Below, one piece after another: positions 39,169 through 55,883 of a DNA stretch of 64,000 bases. The position numbers and the translations under genes are program-made. This stretch comes from Eledone cirrhosa (lineage: Eukaryota), in contig OZ024740.1 of assembly GCA_964016885.1 (NCBI GenBank), forward strand, positions 125,550,001 through 125,614,000, given 5' to 3'. Each line of letters begins with the position of its first letter. Within the stretch, counting starts at the first letter, position 1. The notes beneath the pieces are model-generated. The model had not been told where the DNA came from, did not search any database, and saw only the letters and a list, made by a program, of their open reading frames with translations.

Positions 39169-40280
39169 TGGATGTTTCCATTGCATTGTAATGGTCCACT
39201 CAATCTAGAGCGGACATAGCATCTGTTCATAAAAAATCTCATTCGAACACTCTATTGTTGAACTGCGGCTAACTGCAACACCTAAGGCGTTCGTGTGCTC
39301 CTGATATATTCCATATATCACCATGAGTCAACACTAGTGTCACCTTAGGATTTCTATAATAATATTATTATTACATGCCCTAATAATTACCATCTTGATT
39401 ACCCTTATTACATCTTTTTACCCCAGTTACATCTTTATAGATATGCATTACTTGGACTGAAATGTGTATATATATATATATATATATCCTTATATATACG
39501 TCTCTTTTATATATATTTTTTATATATTTTTTTATATATATTTTTGTGTATTTTATGTTGTACGTATGCCACTTGTTGAACATAGCTTGATAGCTTATGC
39601 ATTTGCCAGTCTTATCTTTACCCACACCTTCCTTTATGGTGTATATTTTACTCCATTTTTTTTGGTGTATTGTTTATTTATCTTCTGGTGTATATTTTAC
39701 TTTACTTTATTTTACTTTATTTTATTTTATTTTATTTTTTATCTTTTATCTATTTTTTATCTATTTTTTATCTATTTCTTATCTATTTTTTATCTATTTT
39801 TTATCTATTTTTAATCTATTTTTTATCTATTTTTATCTATTTTTTATCTATTTTTTATCTATTTTTTATCTATTTTTTATCTATTTTTATCTATTTTGAT
39901 CTATTTTAATCTATTTTTTATCTATTTTTATCTATCTCTATCTCTTAACTTGTGCCATCCGTCTATGATATGTGATTTGTATTAGTGTATACTGTATGTG
40001 TTGCATACGGGTGCTTGTGTGTGGGTGGATGCGGGTGCTCATGCTTATGCATATACTTGTATGTAGCTGTATGTTAACGGAACCCTGCCCAACTGTGAGT
40101 GATAACATTTCTTATTTTTCATTTTATTTTTATTTTTATCTTATTTTTATGTTTATTTTTATTTTACTCTTTTCTTATTTTAGTCCTTTTACTTTACTCT
40201 TTAAACTCCTCCCAACTTATGGTATCCCCACTATATTCTTCTGTTTTGGCTTTGTCAATGCTTGTATACTATGTATTTAC

Positions 40281-40340
40281 TCTTTATGCTCTGAAGAGTC
40301 CCACTTCTAGTGTGGACGAAACACTGTTAACAATTAAAGA
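40281..40340 (+). ncRNA. type I hammerhead motif, second copy (one stem I mismatch)
   Basis: Same as 37403-37462 but AGCA is AACA. Confidence 0.7.
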
Positions 40341-40462
40341 TATACCTATGTTCTAAGCGGTCTTTGTTGTTAATTGTATTACGGCTCTGTCCTCTGACAT
40401 TGAGCTAACCCTATACTGCCTATTTGATAAGTGGAGTGTTACACACTCCCAATTCTCTCCCT

Positions 40463-40602
40463 TATATATATACATATATATACATACATATATACATATA
40501 TATATATACATATATATATACATATATATACATACATTATATACATACATACATATATATATACATATATATACATACATATATATATATATATACATAT
40601 AT

Positions 40603-40633
<31 letters not shown>

Positions 40634-40890
40634 CATATATATACATACATATATATATATACATATATACAGACATATATATATATATATATACATACAT
40701 ATATATATATATATATACATACATATATATATATATATATACATATATATACATACATATATATATATATACATATATATACATACATATTATATATATA
40801 TATATACATATATATACATACATATATATATATATATTATACCATATATATACATACATATATATAATATACATACATATATATACATAC

Positions 40891-40929
<39 letters not shown>

Positions 40930-41451
40930 ACATATATATATACATACATATATATATATACATATATATATACAGTACATATATATATAGATATATATAC
41001 ATATATATATACATACATATATATATATATATACATATATATACATACATATATATATATATATATATACATATATATATACATACATATATATATATAT
41101 ACATATATATACATACATATATATATATATATACATATATATACATACATATATATATATATACATATATATACATACATATATATATATACATATATAT
41201 ATACATACATATATATATATATATATATACATATATATACATACATATATATATATATACATATATATATACATACATATATATATATACATATATATAT
41301 ACATACATATATATATATATATATACATATATATACATACATATATATATATATACATATATATACATACATATATATATATATACATACATATATATAT
41401 ATATACATATATATACATATATACATATATATACATACATATATATACTAC

Positions 41452-41545
<94 letters not shown>

Positions 41546-41646
41546 CATATATATACATATATATAATACAAATATATTTATATACATATATATATATATA
41601 CTATATATATATATACATATATATACATACATATATATAAATATAC

Positions 41647-41719
<73 letters not shown>

Positions 41720-41728
41720 TATACATAA

Positions 41729-41809
<81 letters not shown>

Positions 41810-41824
41810 CATATATATACATAA

Positions 41825-41921
<97 letters not shown>

Positions 41922-41932
41922 CATACGTATAT

Positions 41933-41999
<67 letters not shown>

Positions 42000-42000
42000 T

Positions 42001-42031
<31 letters not shown>

Positions 42032-42140
42032 CATATATATACATACATATATATATATACATACATATATATATATATATACATATATATACATACATAT
42101 ATATATATACATACATATATATATCTATATATATATATAC

Positions 42141-42189
<49 letters not shown>

Positions 42190-42280
42190 ATATATACATA
42201 TATATTTATATACATATATATTTATATACATATATATTTATATACATATATATTTATATACATATATATTTATATACATA

Positions 42281-42311
<31 letters not shown>

Positions 42312-42316
42312 TATAC

Positions 42317-42347
<31 letters not shown>

Positions 42348-42376
42348 CATATACATACATATAAATACATACATAC

Positions 42377-42412
<36 letters not shown>

Positions 42413-42614
42413 ACATATATATTTATATACATATATATATATACATATATATTTATATACATATATATAGATATATATATATATATATATATACATATAT
42501 ATATAGATATAGATATATATATATATATGCATATATATAGATATATATATATATATACATATATATAGATATATATATATATACATATATATACATATAT
42601 ATATATATATATAG

Positions 42615-42673
<59 letters not shown>

Positions 42674-42734
42674 CATATATATAGATATATATATATATAT
42701 ACAGATATATATATATATATATACATATATATAG

Positions 42735-42785
<51 letters not shown>

Positions 42786-42802
42786 TATATACATATATAT
42801 AG

Positions 42803-42835
<33 letters not shown>

Positions 42836-42836
42836 C

Positions 42837-42905
<69 letters not shown>

Positions 42906-42918
42906 TACATATATATAG

Positions 42919-42951
<33 letters not shown>

Positions 42952-42952
42952 G

Positions 42953-42991
<39 letters not shown>

Positions 42992-43252
42992 CATATATAT
43001 ATACATATATATAGATATAGATATATATATACATATATATAGATAGATATATATACATATATATATATATATACATACATATATATAGATAGATATATAT
43101 ATATATATATATATACATATATATAGATATATATATATATATACATATATATAGATATATATATATATATACATATATATAGATATATATATACATATAT
43201 ATAGATATATATATATATACATATATATAGATATATATATACATATATATAG

Positions 43253-43301
<49 letters not shown>

Positions 43302-43414
43302 TAAAGATATACATATATATACATACATATATAGATATATATATACATATATATAGATATATATATATATACATATATAAAGATATACATATATATACAT
43401 ATATAAAGATATAC

Positions 43415-43481
<67 letters not shown>

Positions 43482-43510
43482 TATATAGATATATATATAT
43501 ATATACATAC

Positions 43511-43591
<81 letters not shown>

Positions 43592-43597
43592 TATATA

Positions 43598-43657
<60 letters not shown>

Positions 43658-43876
43658 CATATATATATATACATATATATAGATACATATATATATAGAT
43701 ATATATATATATACATATATATATATACATATATATATATAGATATATACATATATATAGAATACATATATATACATACACATATATATATATATATATA
43801 CATATATATATACATACATATATATATATACATATATATATACATACATATATATATATACATATATATATACATA
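40463..43876. repeat. giant interrupted (TA)n/TAC/TAG array (3.4 kb)
   Basis: Directly visible. Confidence 0.95.
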
Positions 43877-45744
43877 TGAAAAAATGGGGAGAAGAATACT
43901 GCAGGTTGCACATGTATAACATGTAATAAAATAAGTCCCTCATCAGTGATTTGCCGACGATCATAGATATTTCATTGCATTAAAAATCATATACCTCACG
44001 TCGGTGCAATAATAACTAAATTAAGTTATTAGGACAATTAAAACGCGTAAAGCGAGTGAGACAAGATAACAACAAAGAGGAGAGCTAACCGTAGAAGGGA
44101 GGGAACAAGCTTCATAGTTATTCTGTTAGCATAAGCTAGGTGAATATATGAGCGCTTAGAAAAAAGACCTTTCGGGAACGAATTCAAATGTGAGAAAGAG
44201 AGAAAATGTTTTCGTCGCGAACGGGGTGAAGTGAGAAGAGGAGAAACAGTGAGTGAGTGAGTGGAAGGAAGAGTTAACTGACATGACAGAGGGGGCGAAA
44301 GAAAGGAGGAGAAACAGAGAGAACGAGGGAACAGTAAGAGAGAGAGAAAGAGAAAAAAACAGAATCGCAGTTTAGGTAAATATATGTGAAAAAATGGGGA
44401 GAAGAATACTGCAGGTTGCACATGGATAACATGTAATAAAATAAGTCCCTCATCAGTGATTTGCCGACGATCATAGATATTTCATTGCATTAAAAATCAT
44501 ATACCTCACGTCGGTGCAATAATAACTAAATTAAGTTATTAGGACAATTAAAATGCGTAAAGCGAGTGAGACAAGATAACAACAAAGAGGAGAGCTAACC
44601 GTAGAAGGAAGGGAACAAGCTTCATAGTTATTCTGTTAGCATAAGCTAGGTGAATATATGAGCGCTTAGAAAAAAGACCTTTCGGGAACGAATTCAAATG
44701 TGAGAAAGAGAGAAAATGTTTTCGTCGCGAACGGGGTGAAGTGAGAAGAGGAGAAACAGTGAGTGAGTGAGTGGAAGGAAGAGTTAACTGACATAACAGA
44801 GGGGGCAAAAGAAAGTAGGAGAAACAGAGAGAACGAGGGAGCAGTAAGAGAGAGAGAGAGAGAGAGAGAGAAAAAAACAGAATCGCAGTTTAGGTAAATA
44901 TATGTGAAAAAATGGGGAGAAGAATACTGCAGGTTGCACATGGATAACATGTAATAAAATAAGTCCCTCATCAGTGATTTGCCGACGATCATAGATATTT
45001 CATTGCATTAAAAATCATATACCTCACGTCGGTTTAATAATAACTAAATTAAGTTATTAGGACAATTAAAACGCGTAAAGCGAGTGAGACAAGATAACAA
45101 CAAAGAGGAGAGCTAACCGTAGAAGGAAGGGAACAAGCTTCATAGTTATTCTGTTAGCATAAGCTAGGTGAATATATGAGCGCTTAGAAAAAAGACCCTT
45201 CGGGAACGAATTCAAATGTGAAAAAGAGAGAAAATGTTTTCGTCGCGAACGGGGTGAAGTGAGAAGAGGAGAAACAGTGAGTGAGTGAGTGGAAGGAAGA
45301 GTTAACTGACATGACAGAGGGGGCGAAAGAAAGTAGGAGAAACAGAGAGAACGAGGGAGCAGTAAGAGAGAGAGAGAGAAAAAAACAGAATCGCAGTTTA
45401 GGTAAATATATGTGAAAAAATGGGGAGAAGAATACTGTAGGTTGCACATGGATAACATGTAATAAAATAAGTCCTCATCAGTGATTTGCCGACGATCATA
45501 GATATTTCATTGCATTAAAAATCATATACCTCACGTCGGTGCAATAATAACTAAATTAAGTTATTAGGACAATTAAAACGCGTAAAGCGAGTGAGACAAG
45601 ATAACAACAAAGAGGAGAGCTAACCGTAGAAGGAAGGGAACAAGCTTCATAGTTATTCTGTTAGCATAAGCTAGGTGAATATATGAGCGCTTAGAAAAAA
45701 GACCTTTCGGGAACGAATTCAAATGTGAGAAAGAGAGAAATGTT
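43877..45744. repeat. tandem array of about 510-bp units (about 3.65 copies)
   Basis: Units start at 43877, 44387, 44905 and 45413. They differ mainly in (GA)n length. Confidence 0.95.
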
Positions 45745-46699
45745 ATACATATATATATACATATACATATATATATACATATATATATACATATATATAT
45801 ACATATATATATATATACATATTATATATACATATATATACATATATATATATATACATATATATACATATATATATATACATATATATACATATATATA
45901 TATACATATATATACATTTATATATATACATATATATACATTTATATATATACATATATATACATTTATATATATACATATATATACATATATATATATA
46001 CATATATATACATATATATATATACATATATATACATATATATACATATATATATATACATATATATACATTTATATACATATATATATACATATATATA
46101 CATATATATATACATATATATACATATATATATACATATATATATATACATATATATACATATATATACATATATATACATATATATACATATATATACA
46201 TATATATATACATATATATATACATATATATACATATATATATATACTTATATATACATATATATATATACATATATATACATATATATACATACATATA
46301 TATACATATATATACATATATATATACATATATATATACATATATATACATATATATATATACATATATATATACATATATATACATATATATACATATA
46401 TATATATACATATATATTATATACATATATATATACATATATATACATATATATTATATACATATATATATACATATATATACATATATATATATACATA
46501 TATATACATATACATATATATACATATATATATATACATATATATACATTTATACATATACATATATATATACATATATATACATATATATATATATATA
46601 CATATATATACATCTATATATACATATATATACATATACATATATATATATACATATATATACATATACATATATATATATACATATATATACATATAC

Positions 46700-46748
<49 letters not shown>

Positions 46749-47011
46749 TATATATACATATATATACAGATATATACATATATATACAGATATATACATA
46801 TATGTATAAATATATACATACATATATATACACATATATATACATACATATATATACACATATATATACATATATATATATATACATATATATATATACA
46901 TATATATATATACATATATATATACATATACATATATATATATATACATATATATATACATACATATATATACACATATATATACATATATATACATATA
47001 TATATACATAC

Positions 47012-47106
<95 letters not shown>

Positions 47107-47107
47107 C

Positions 47108-47142
<35 letters not shown>

Positions 47143-47207
47143 CATATATATACATATATATATATACATATATATATACATATATATATATACATATATA
47201 TATATAC

Positions 47208-47240
<33 letters not shown>

Positions 47241-47313
47241 CATATATACATACATATATATATATATACATATATACATATATACATATATATATATATA
47301 CATATTTATATAT
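45745..47313. repeat. interrupted (TA)n/TAC array
   Basis: Directly visible. Confidence 0.95.
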
Positions 47314-47873
47314 ACCTCTACTCCTTGGAGCGAAGACGGGAGATATACGCCAACAGGATTGCAAAGATTAGGGAGACAAGTAACTGGGAGAGGCTGAAGG
47401 AACTGAACCTATACTCCTTGGAGCGAAGACGGGAGAGATACGCAGTGATCAACATGTGGAAAATCCTGGAGGGACTAGCACCAAACTTTGGCATTGGGAG
47501 CTGGACCAACCGTCGAACAGGACGTCACTGTGTGGTGCCAAATGTCCCCTCTTCCACATCTAGAATAAGGAGCAGGTATTGCAATAGCCTGGGATTCAAG
47601 GGCCCTCAACTCTTCAACAGGCTGCCGAGGCATCTGAGAGACTTGCATGACGTGGAGGTGGATGTCTTTAAGAAACATCTCGACACCTTGTTATCCAGGA
47701 TCCCGGATGAGCCCACAGCAAGACACGAGGGCAACCTAAGGGCAGCAGCAACAAACTCCCTCCTACACAAGTGGCCAACCTATACAGGCTGGAGATAAAA
47801 TGTGTAGCAACAAGGGCGGTGCCCCAGCAAGGCCTCAGCCGGATCGCTGAAACAGGTAAAAGAGTAAAAGAGA
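47314..47873 (+). mobile_element. CR1-group LINE 3' end, open frame, with (TAAAAGAG)n tail
   Basis: [20 protein letters not shown]...WKILEG...GPQLFNRLP...FKKHLDTLL. Tail GTGCCCCAGC...GCTGAAACAGGTAAAAGAGTAAAAGAG. Confidence 0.85.
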
Positions 47874-47945
47874 ATATATACATATATATACATATATATA
47901 TACATATACATATATATATACATATATATATACATATATATATAC

Positions 47946-48006
<61 letters not shown>

Positions 48007-48099
48007 CATATATATATACATATATATATATATTTATATATACAGAATTAGCCGTCGAAACGGCTTGAGCTCAGCTGTCGGGGTCTAACTGGTTCCTAT

Positions 48100-48284
48100 A
48101 TATATTGGGAGCCCCTACATGGACACACTAGAAGAGGAAGACCAAGGTTAACATATGTTGATGCCCTAAGGACAGACACTGGTCTGTTGGAGATGCAGGA
48201 TATGGCAGCGATAATGAGGGACAGAGACCGCTGGAGAGAACTCGTCCATGGATCTCGGGAATTTTACCCGCCTTAGATTAGATA
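48100..48284 (+). mobile_element. RTE-type LINE extreme 3' fragment
   Basis: [26 protein letters not shown]...[11 protein letters not shown], followed by a TAGA-type tail. Confidence 0.75.
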
Positions 48285-48291
48285 GATATAC

Positions 48292-48322
<31 letters not shown>

Positions 48323-48449
48323 CATATATATACATATATATATATACATATATATATATACATATACATATATATACATATATATATATATACATATATA
48401 TATATACATATATATATATATACATATATATACATATATATATATATAC

Positions 48450-48480
<31 letters not shown>

Positions 48481-49126
48481 CATATATATATACATATATA
48501 TACATGTATATATACAAATATATATACATACATATATATACATATATATATATATACATATATATATACATATATATACATGTATATATACATATATATA
48601 TATATATACATATATATATACATTTATATATACATATATATATACATATATATATACATTTATATATACATTTATATATACATATATATATACATATATA
48701 TATACATATATATATATATATACATATATATACATAGATATATATACATATATACATTTATATACATAGTTGTATATACATATATATATATATACATATA
48801 TATACATATTATATATATACATATATACATATATATACATAGTTATATATACACATATATATATATACATATATATACATATATATACATATATATACAT
48901 ATATATACATACATATATATATACATATATATACATATACATATATATATATATACATATATATAAATATACATATATACATATATATATACATATATAT
49001 ACATATACATATATATATATATACATACATATAAATATACATATATATATACATATATATACATATATGTATACATATATATACATATACATATATATAT
49101 ATATATACATTATATACATATACATT

Positions 49127-49158
<32 letters not shown>

Positions 49159-49172
49159 CGTATATATATATA

Positions 49173-49616
49173 TGAAAATATGGGGAGAAGAATACTGCAG
49201 GTTGCACATGGATAACATGTTATAAAATGAGTTCCTCATCAGTGATTTGCCAACGATCATAGATATTTCATTGCATTAAAAATCATATACCTCACGTTGG
49301 TGCAATAATAACTAATTAAGTTATTAGGACAATTAAAACGCGTAAAGCGAATGAGACAAGTAAACAACAAAGAGGAAAGCTAACCGTAGATAGGAAGGGC
49401 ACAAGCTACTTAGTTGTTCTGTCAGCATAAGCTGGGTGAATATATGAGCGCGTAGAAAAAGAAGGAGAATGTAAGAAAGAAGGAGATTGTTTTCGTCGCG
49501 AACGGGGTGAAGTGAGAAGGGGAGAAACAGTGAGTGAGTGAGTGGAAGTGTGGGAAAGAGGTCAGTAGAGAGAAAGTGTTAACTGACATGACAGAGGGGG
49601 CGAAAGAAAGTAAGAG
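49173..49616. repeat. solo diverged copy of the 510-bp unit
   Basis: Begins at the same TGAAAA..TGGGGAGAAGAATACTGCAGG position as the array, flanked by (TA)n. Confidence 0.9.
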
Positions 49617-51372
<1,756 letters not shown>

Positions 51373-51426
51373 ATAAAATATTAAACAAATAATGAATAAA
51401 CAATTCCTTATATTAAACAAAAAAAG

Positions 51427-51581
51427 TTCATTATTTAACGATCGTTTCTAGGATATATATGTGTTAGAATTGGTATGCATATTCAACAGATCTATGTACA
51501 AAATTATACAAAATTATACAAATTATCAAGATTAAATATACATACCAAACACATATATACGCCGTCTTCAGAAATAATGAA
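51427..51581 (-). ncRNA. type I hammerhead-like motif with 116-nt stem II (ORF-sense copy)
   Basis: Reverse complement of 58298-58452. Confidence 0.7.
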
Positions 51582-52244
51582 GTATATTTATTGATAATAA
51601 CAACAATTCAAAATTTCAGGTCCGTTTGGGAACAAAAATTGACCAATGAAAACACAAAGGGTTAAATGCAGTTCGGTGTGTGTATATACATGTAAAACCC
51701 TTACACATATTTTACAAAAATGTATGTATAAATTGTATACGCATACTAAAAAGATGGATGCAAATACAAAATTTCAAGGTTAATGTCTCTGTGAGTTATT
51801 GACACTTATGAAGTTAAGTATATAAATATATTTTTTTTCATACTCACACATATCCGTACAATCACACATACACGCGCGTATATGCATAAATATACACATA
51901 ACCACGAACATACAAACACACACACACCCCCACTCACATTTATATATGTGGATATAAAATCATAAGCACATGGATATTAATTCACTCACATAAAACACTG
52001 GCATACACATTTTCAGATCAAGATACAGAAATTAGGTGGGAGGGGGGGGGAGGGGTCAGTATTCAACGGTCTGAACAGACTGCCTAATATAAATGTATCT
52101 ATAAACTAAGAAAAATAAAACAAATAAAACATAATAAATAAAACATTAAGGAGGAAAGAATAGAAAGAAAAACAGAAAAAAGAAAAAAGAAAAAAGAAAA
52201 AAGAAATATATCAAGAAAATAAATATACACATATACACATACAT

Positions 52245-52295
<51 letters not shown>

Positions 52296-52507
52296 TATAT
52301 ATATATATATAAAAAAACATACATATATATACACACATAGACACTCACAGATCCATACATAAATATACACACATATATAAATACATACATACATATACAC
52401 ACATCCACACTAAGAACATACATACACACACATATATAAACATATACATATACACACATACATACATATACACATATACATACAAATACACATACATATA
52501 TATATAT

Positions 52508-52548
<41 letters not shown>

Positions 52549-52866
52549 TATACATACATATGCATATACACGTACATATACACACACATATACATATAAT
52601 CACACATACTATACAGACACAGATATATATAACCACACACATACATGCAAATATACAACACTTACATACTAATATACATACAGATATACACATACATAGC
52701 TATATATACACACAAATATATACAGATTTACATATATACATACAGACAAATACTTACGCATCTATATATCGGTATATCCATACTAACACCACTACACTAT
52801 CACACAACATAGAAATACAAAGAGAAAGGTATATACCTATACACAACATACATATACAAATAGAAA

Positions 52867-52914
<48 letters not shown>

Positions 52915-52939
52915 TACATATACATATATATATATATAT

Positions 52940-52985
<46 letters not shown>

Positions 52986-53236
52986 TACACATACAAATAC
53001 ACATAACATATACATACAGATATATACACATACATACATGTACACACACACAGAAATATATACGCATACATACATACACACATACATATAAAGTCATACA
53101 CACACATACATCTACACGAACATACACATACACATATATAAAGATATATATACACACACACACACACACGCAACACATACACACATACACATATATATAA
53201 AAAATAAATAATAAAGATATATACATATATATATAT

Positions 53237-53285
<49 letters not shown>

Positions 53286-53649
53286 CACCCAAATATACAT
53301 ACACATACATACATACATAGACATACATGTACATACATATACGTACATCGATATACATATATATATATACATACATACACACATAGACATATACATACAT
53401 ACACACACAACTTACATACACACATATATATACATGTATATTCATACATAGAATTAGAAATATAATCATACATACATATGCACTTACTTATACTCATATA
53501 TACAAATACATACGCATCCATTTATGCGTATATACATAAAAAACACTACAACCTTACCTAACTCAGACATACAAATAAAATATTAATAAAAAGGCATATG
53601 TATATACATACACACCCGCATTAATAGAGATATATATATATACACACAT

Positions 53650-53696
<47 letters not shown>

Positions 53697-53727
53697 CATA
53701 TATATATATACACACATACACTCATAC

Positions 53728-53759
<32 letters not shown>

Positions 53760-53831
53760 AAAGATACCTACACATTCATACCACCATAAATACACATACA
53801 AACACCCACATATACATATATATACACACAC

Positions 53832-53872
<41 letters not shown>

Positions 53873-53989
53873 AAAAACAGACATGCACATATATATATAT
53901 TTTTCTACACTTATATATAGACATATTATATACATATACATAACTTCACTTATACACACATACACATAAGTTATATTATAATAATAAAA

Positions 53990-54027
<38 letters not shown>

Positions 54028-54155
54028 CATATATATATATATATATACATACCTACATACATATATATATATATATATACATATATATATACATACAAAC
54101 ACATACATACACATATACACACATATGAATATAGATATATATTCACACATAGACA

Positions 54156-54205
<50 letters not shown>

Positions 54206-55883
54206 TACATATACACAGACACATATACACACTCACATATATATATATATCTCTGTGTGCATGCACACAACACATATATACATACATACACATATATATA
54301 CACATAAACACATATATGTGCATACATGCACATACACACACATATATCACATAGATACGGAGATAGACATATAAATAGAGAGACATACATATATATACAA
54401 CACACATACACACACATACATACACACGCATATACATATACATATATATATACATATACATATTCCTATATATACACATAACATATATATATACACATAT
54501 ATACACATACATACACATATACGTACACACATTCACATACACATACATATATAGATGCATATATACACACATATACATACATACACACACTCATATATAC
54601 ACACACAATCTTACATTCATATTTGCATGCACATATATGTATCCTTATATTTAGATATAAATACCCAAACCTATATAGACACCTACCTACATATATATTC
54701 ATACATAGACGCTTACAAATACAGATGATAATAGTATGGGGGAAAGGGGGGTTTGGAGAAGGGGATCAAAGTAAATATATGTTTCAAGAAACATAGAAAA
54801 TTTTCCGTATCTTTATCCAATGTATGTTTTTTTTACATATTTTTCAGTGTTATGAAATACAACAAATAAAAACTAAGGCAAAATCTATGCATCTCAAAAT
54901 AAACAAGTATACCATTAACTATATGTTAACTAAACCAAAGATAGTTAACATATTGATTTCTAAGGTGTAAATTAGTTAGGTTTATAATATTTGAAGCAGA
55001 ATTTTGAAGTTAAATAGTAGTAGAGTATTAATTACAGTATAACTAAATTAAAGTTAATAACGTTATGGTATCAATATTAGGAAATGAAATTAGTAATAGG
55101 GAAAAAACAAATAAAATAAAGTAGTACATCGGTAGTAGAATATAAATTATAGGTTAACTAAATTAAAAATTATATATTTATTTCTATAGTATATGTTAAT
55201 TAGGTATACAATACATAAAGCAGATATTGTATTTCATCAATAGCATAATATAATTATATGCAAATAGAAATCAAAATTAATACGCATACATATACATATA
55301 CATACACATACACATATACACACATATACACACAAATATATATATATATATATATACATATATATACATATACATACACACACACATACACATACACATA
55401 TACATATACATATCTTTTTCAAAAAATTGCATAGAATACATTAACTAGGTATATATCCAAAACACATCGCATTCTATGATTACATGACATTCTGCAATTC
55501 GTCTGTATAAGGATACTAATATTAAGCAAATTAAAATTAAATTTTTAGGTTGATTAAAACTAAAACCAAATTATAAATATATTTCTAAAATGTATATTAA
55601 TTAGGTCAATAATACTAAAAATTATTTTTCTGTCATTGGATACACGATATTATTTTGTTATATTTTATCTGTAAAAGAATTATAATAAAAATAATAAAAG
55701 GTTTAAATAAATTAAAATTAATCTATAAATTAAATTACTAAGTATATATTAGTAATATTTAAAGGTTTTTCACAATTTATGATTACATAATATTTTATAT
55801 TCTGATCTGTAATAAAATTTTAATTAAATTAAATATATAGGTTAACTAACATTTAAATTAAATTAATTTCTAAAATAATGTTG

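Larger units (their letters stand above)
37365..40462. mobile_element. non-coding foldback element with about 1.2-kb inverted arms, each carrying a hammerhead motif (PLE-type)
   Basis: Arms at 37365-38577 and 39176-40378 with a 600-bp spacer. The right arm has an 84-nt extra tail. (TA)n on both sides. Confidence 0.85.

Noticed and set aside
43877-45744. Tandem array as CRISPR, rDNA or a canonical hammerhead retrozyme
   Set aside because: No repeat-spacer structure and no rRNA similarity recognised. CTGATGA lacks a downstream GAAA with matching stems (only TAAAC).
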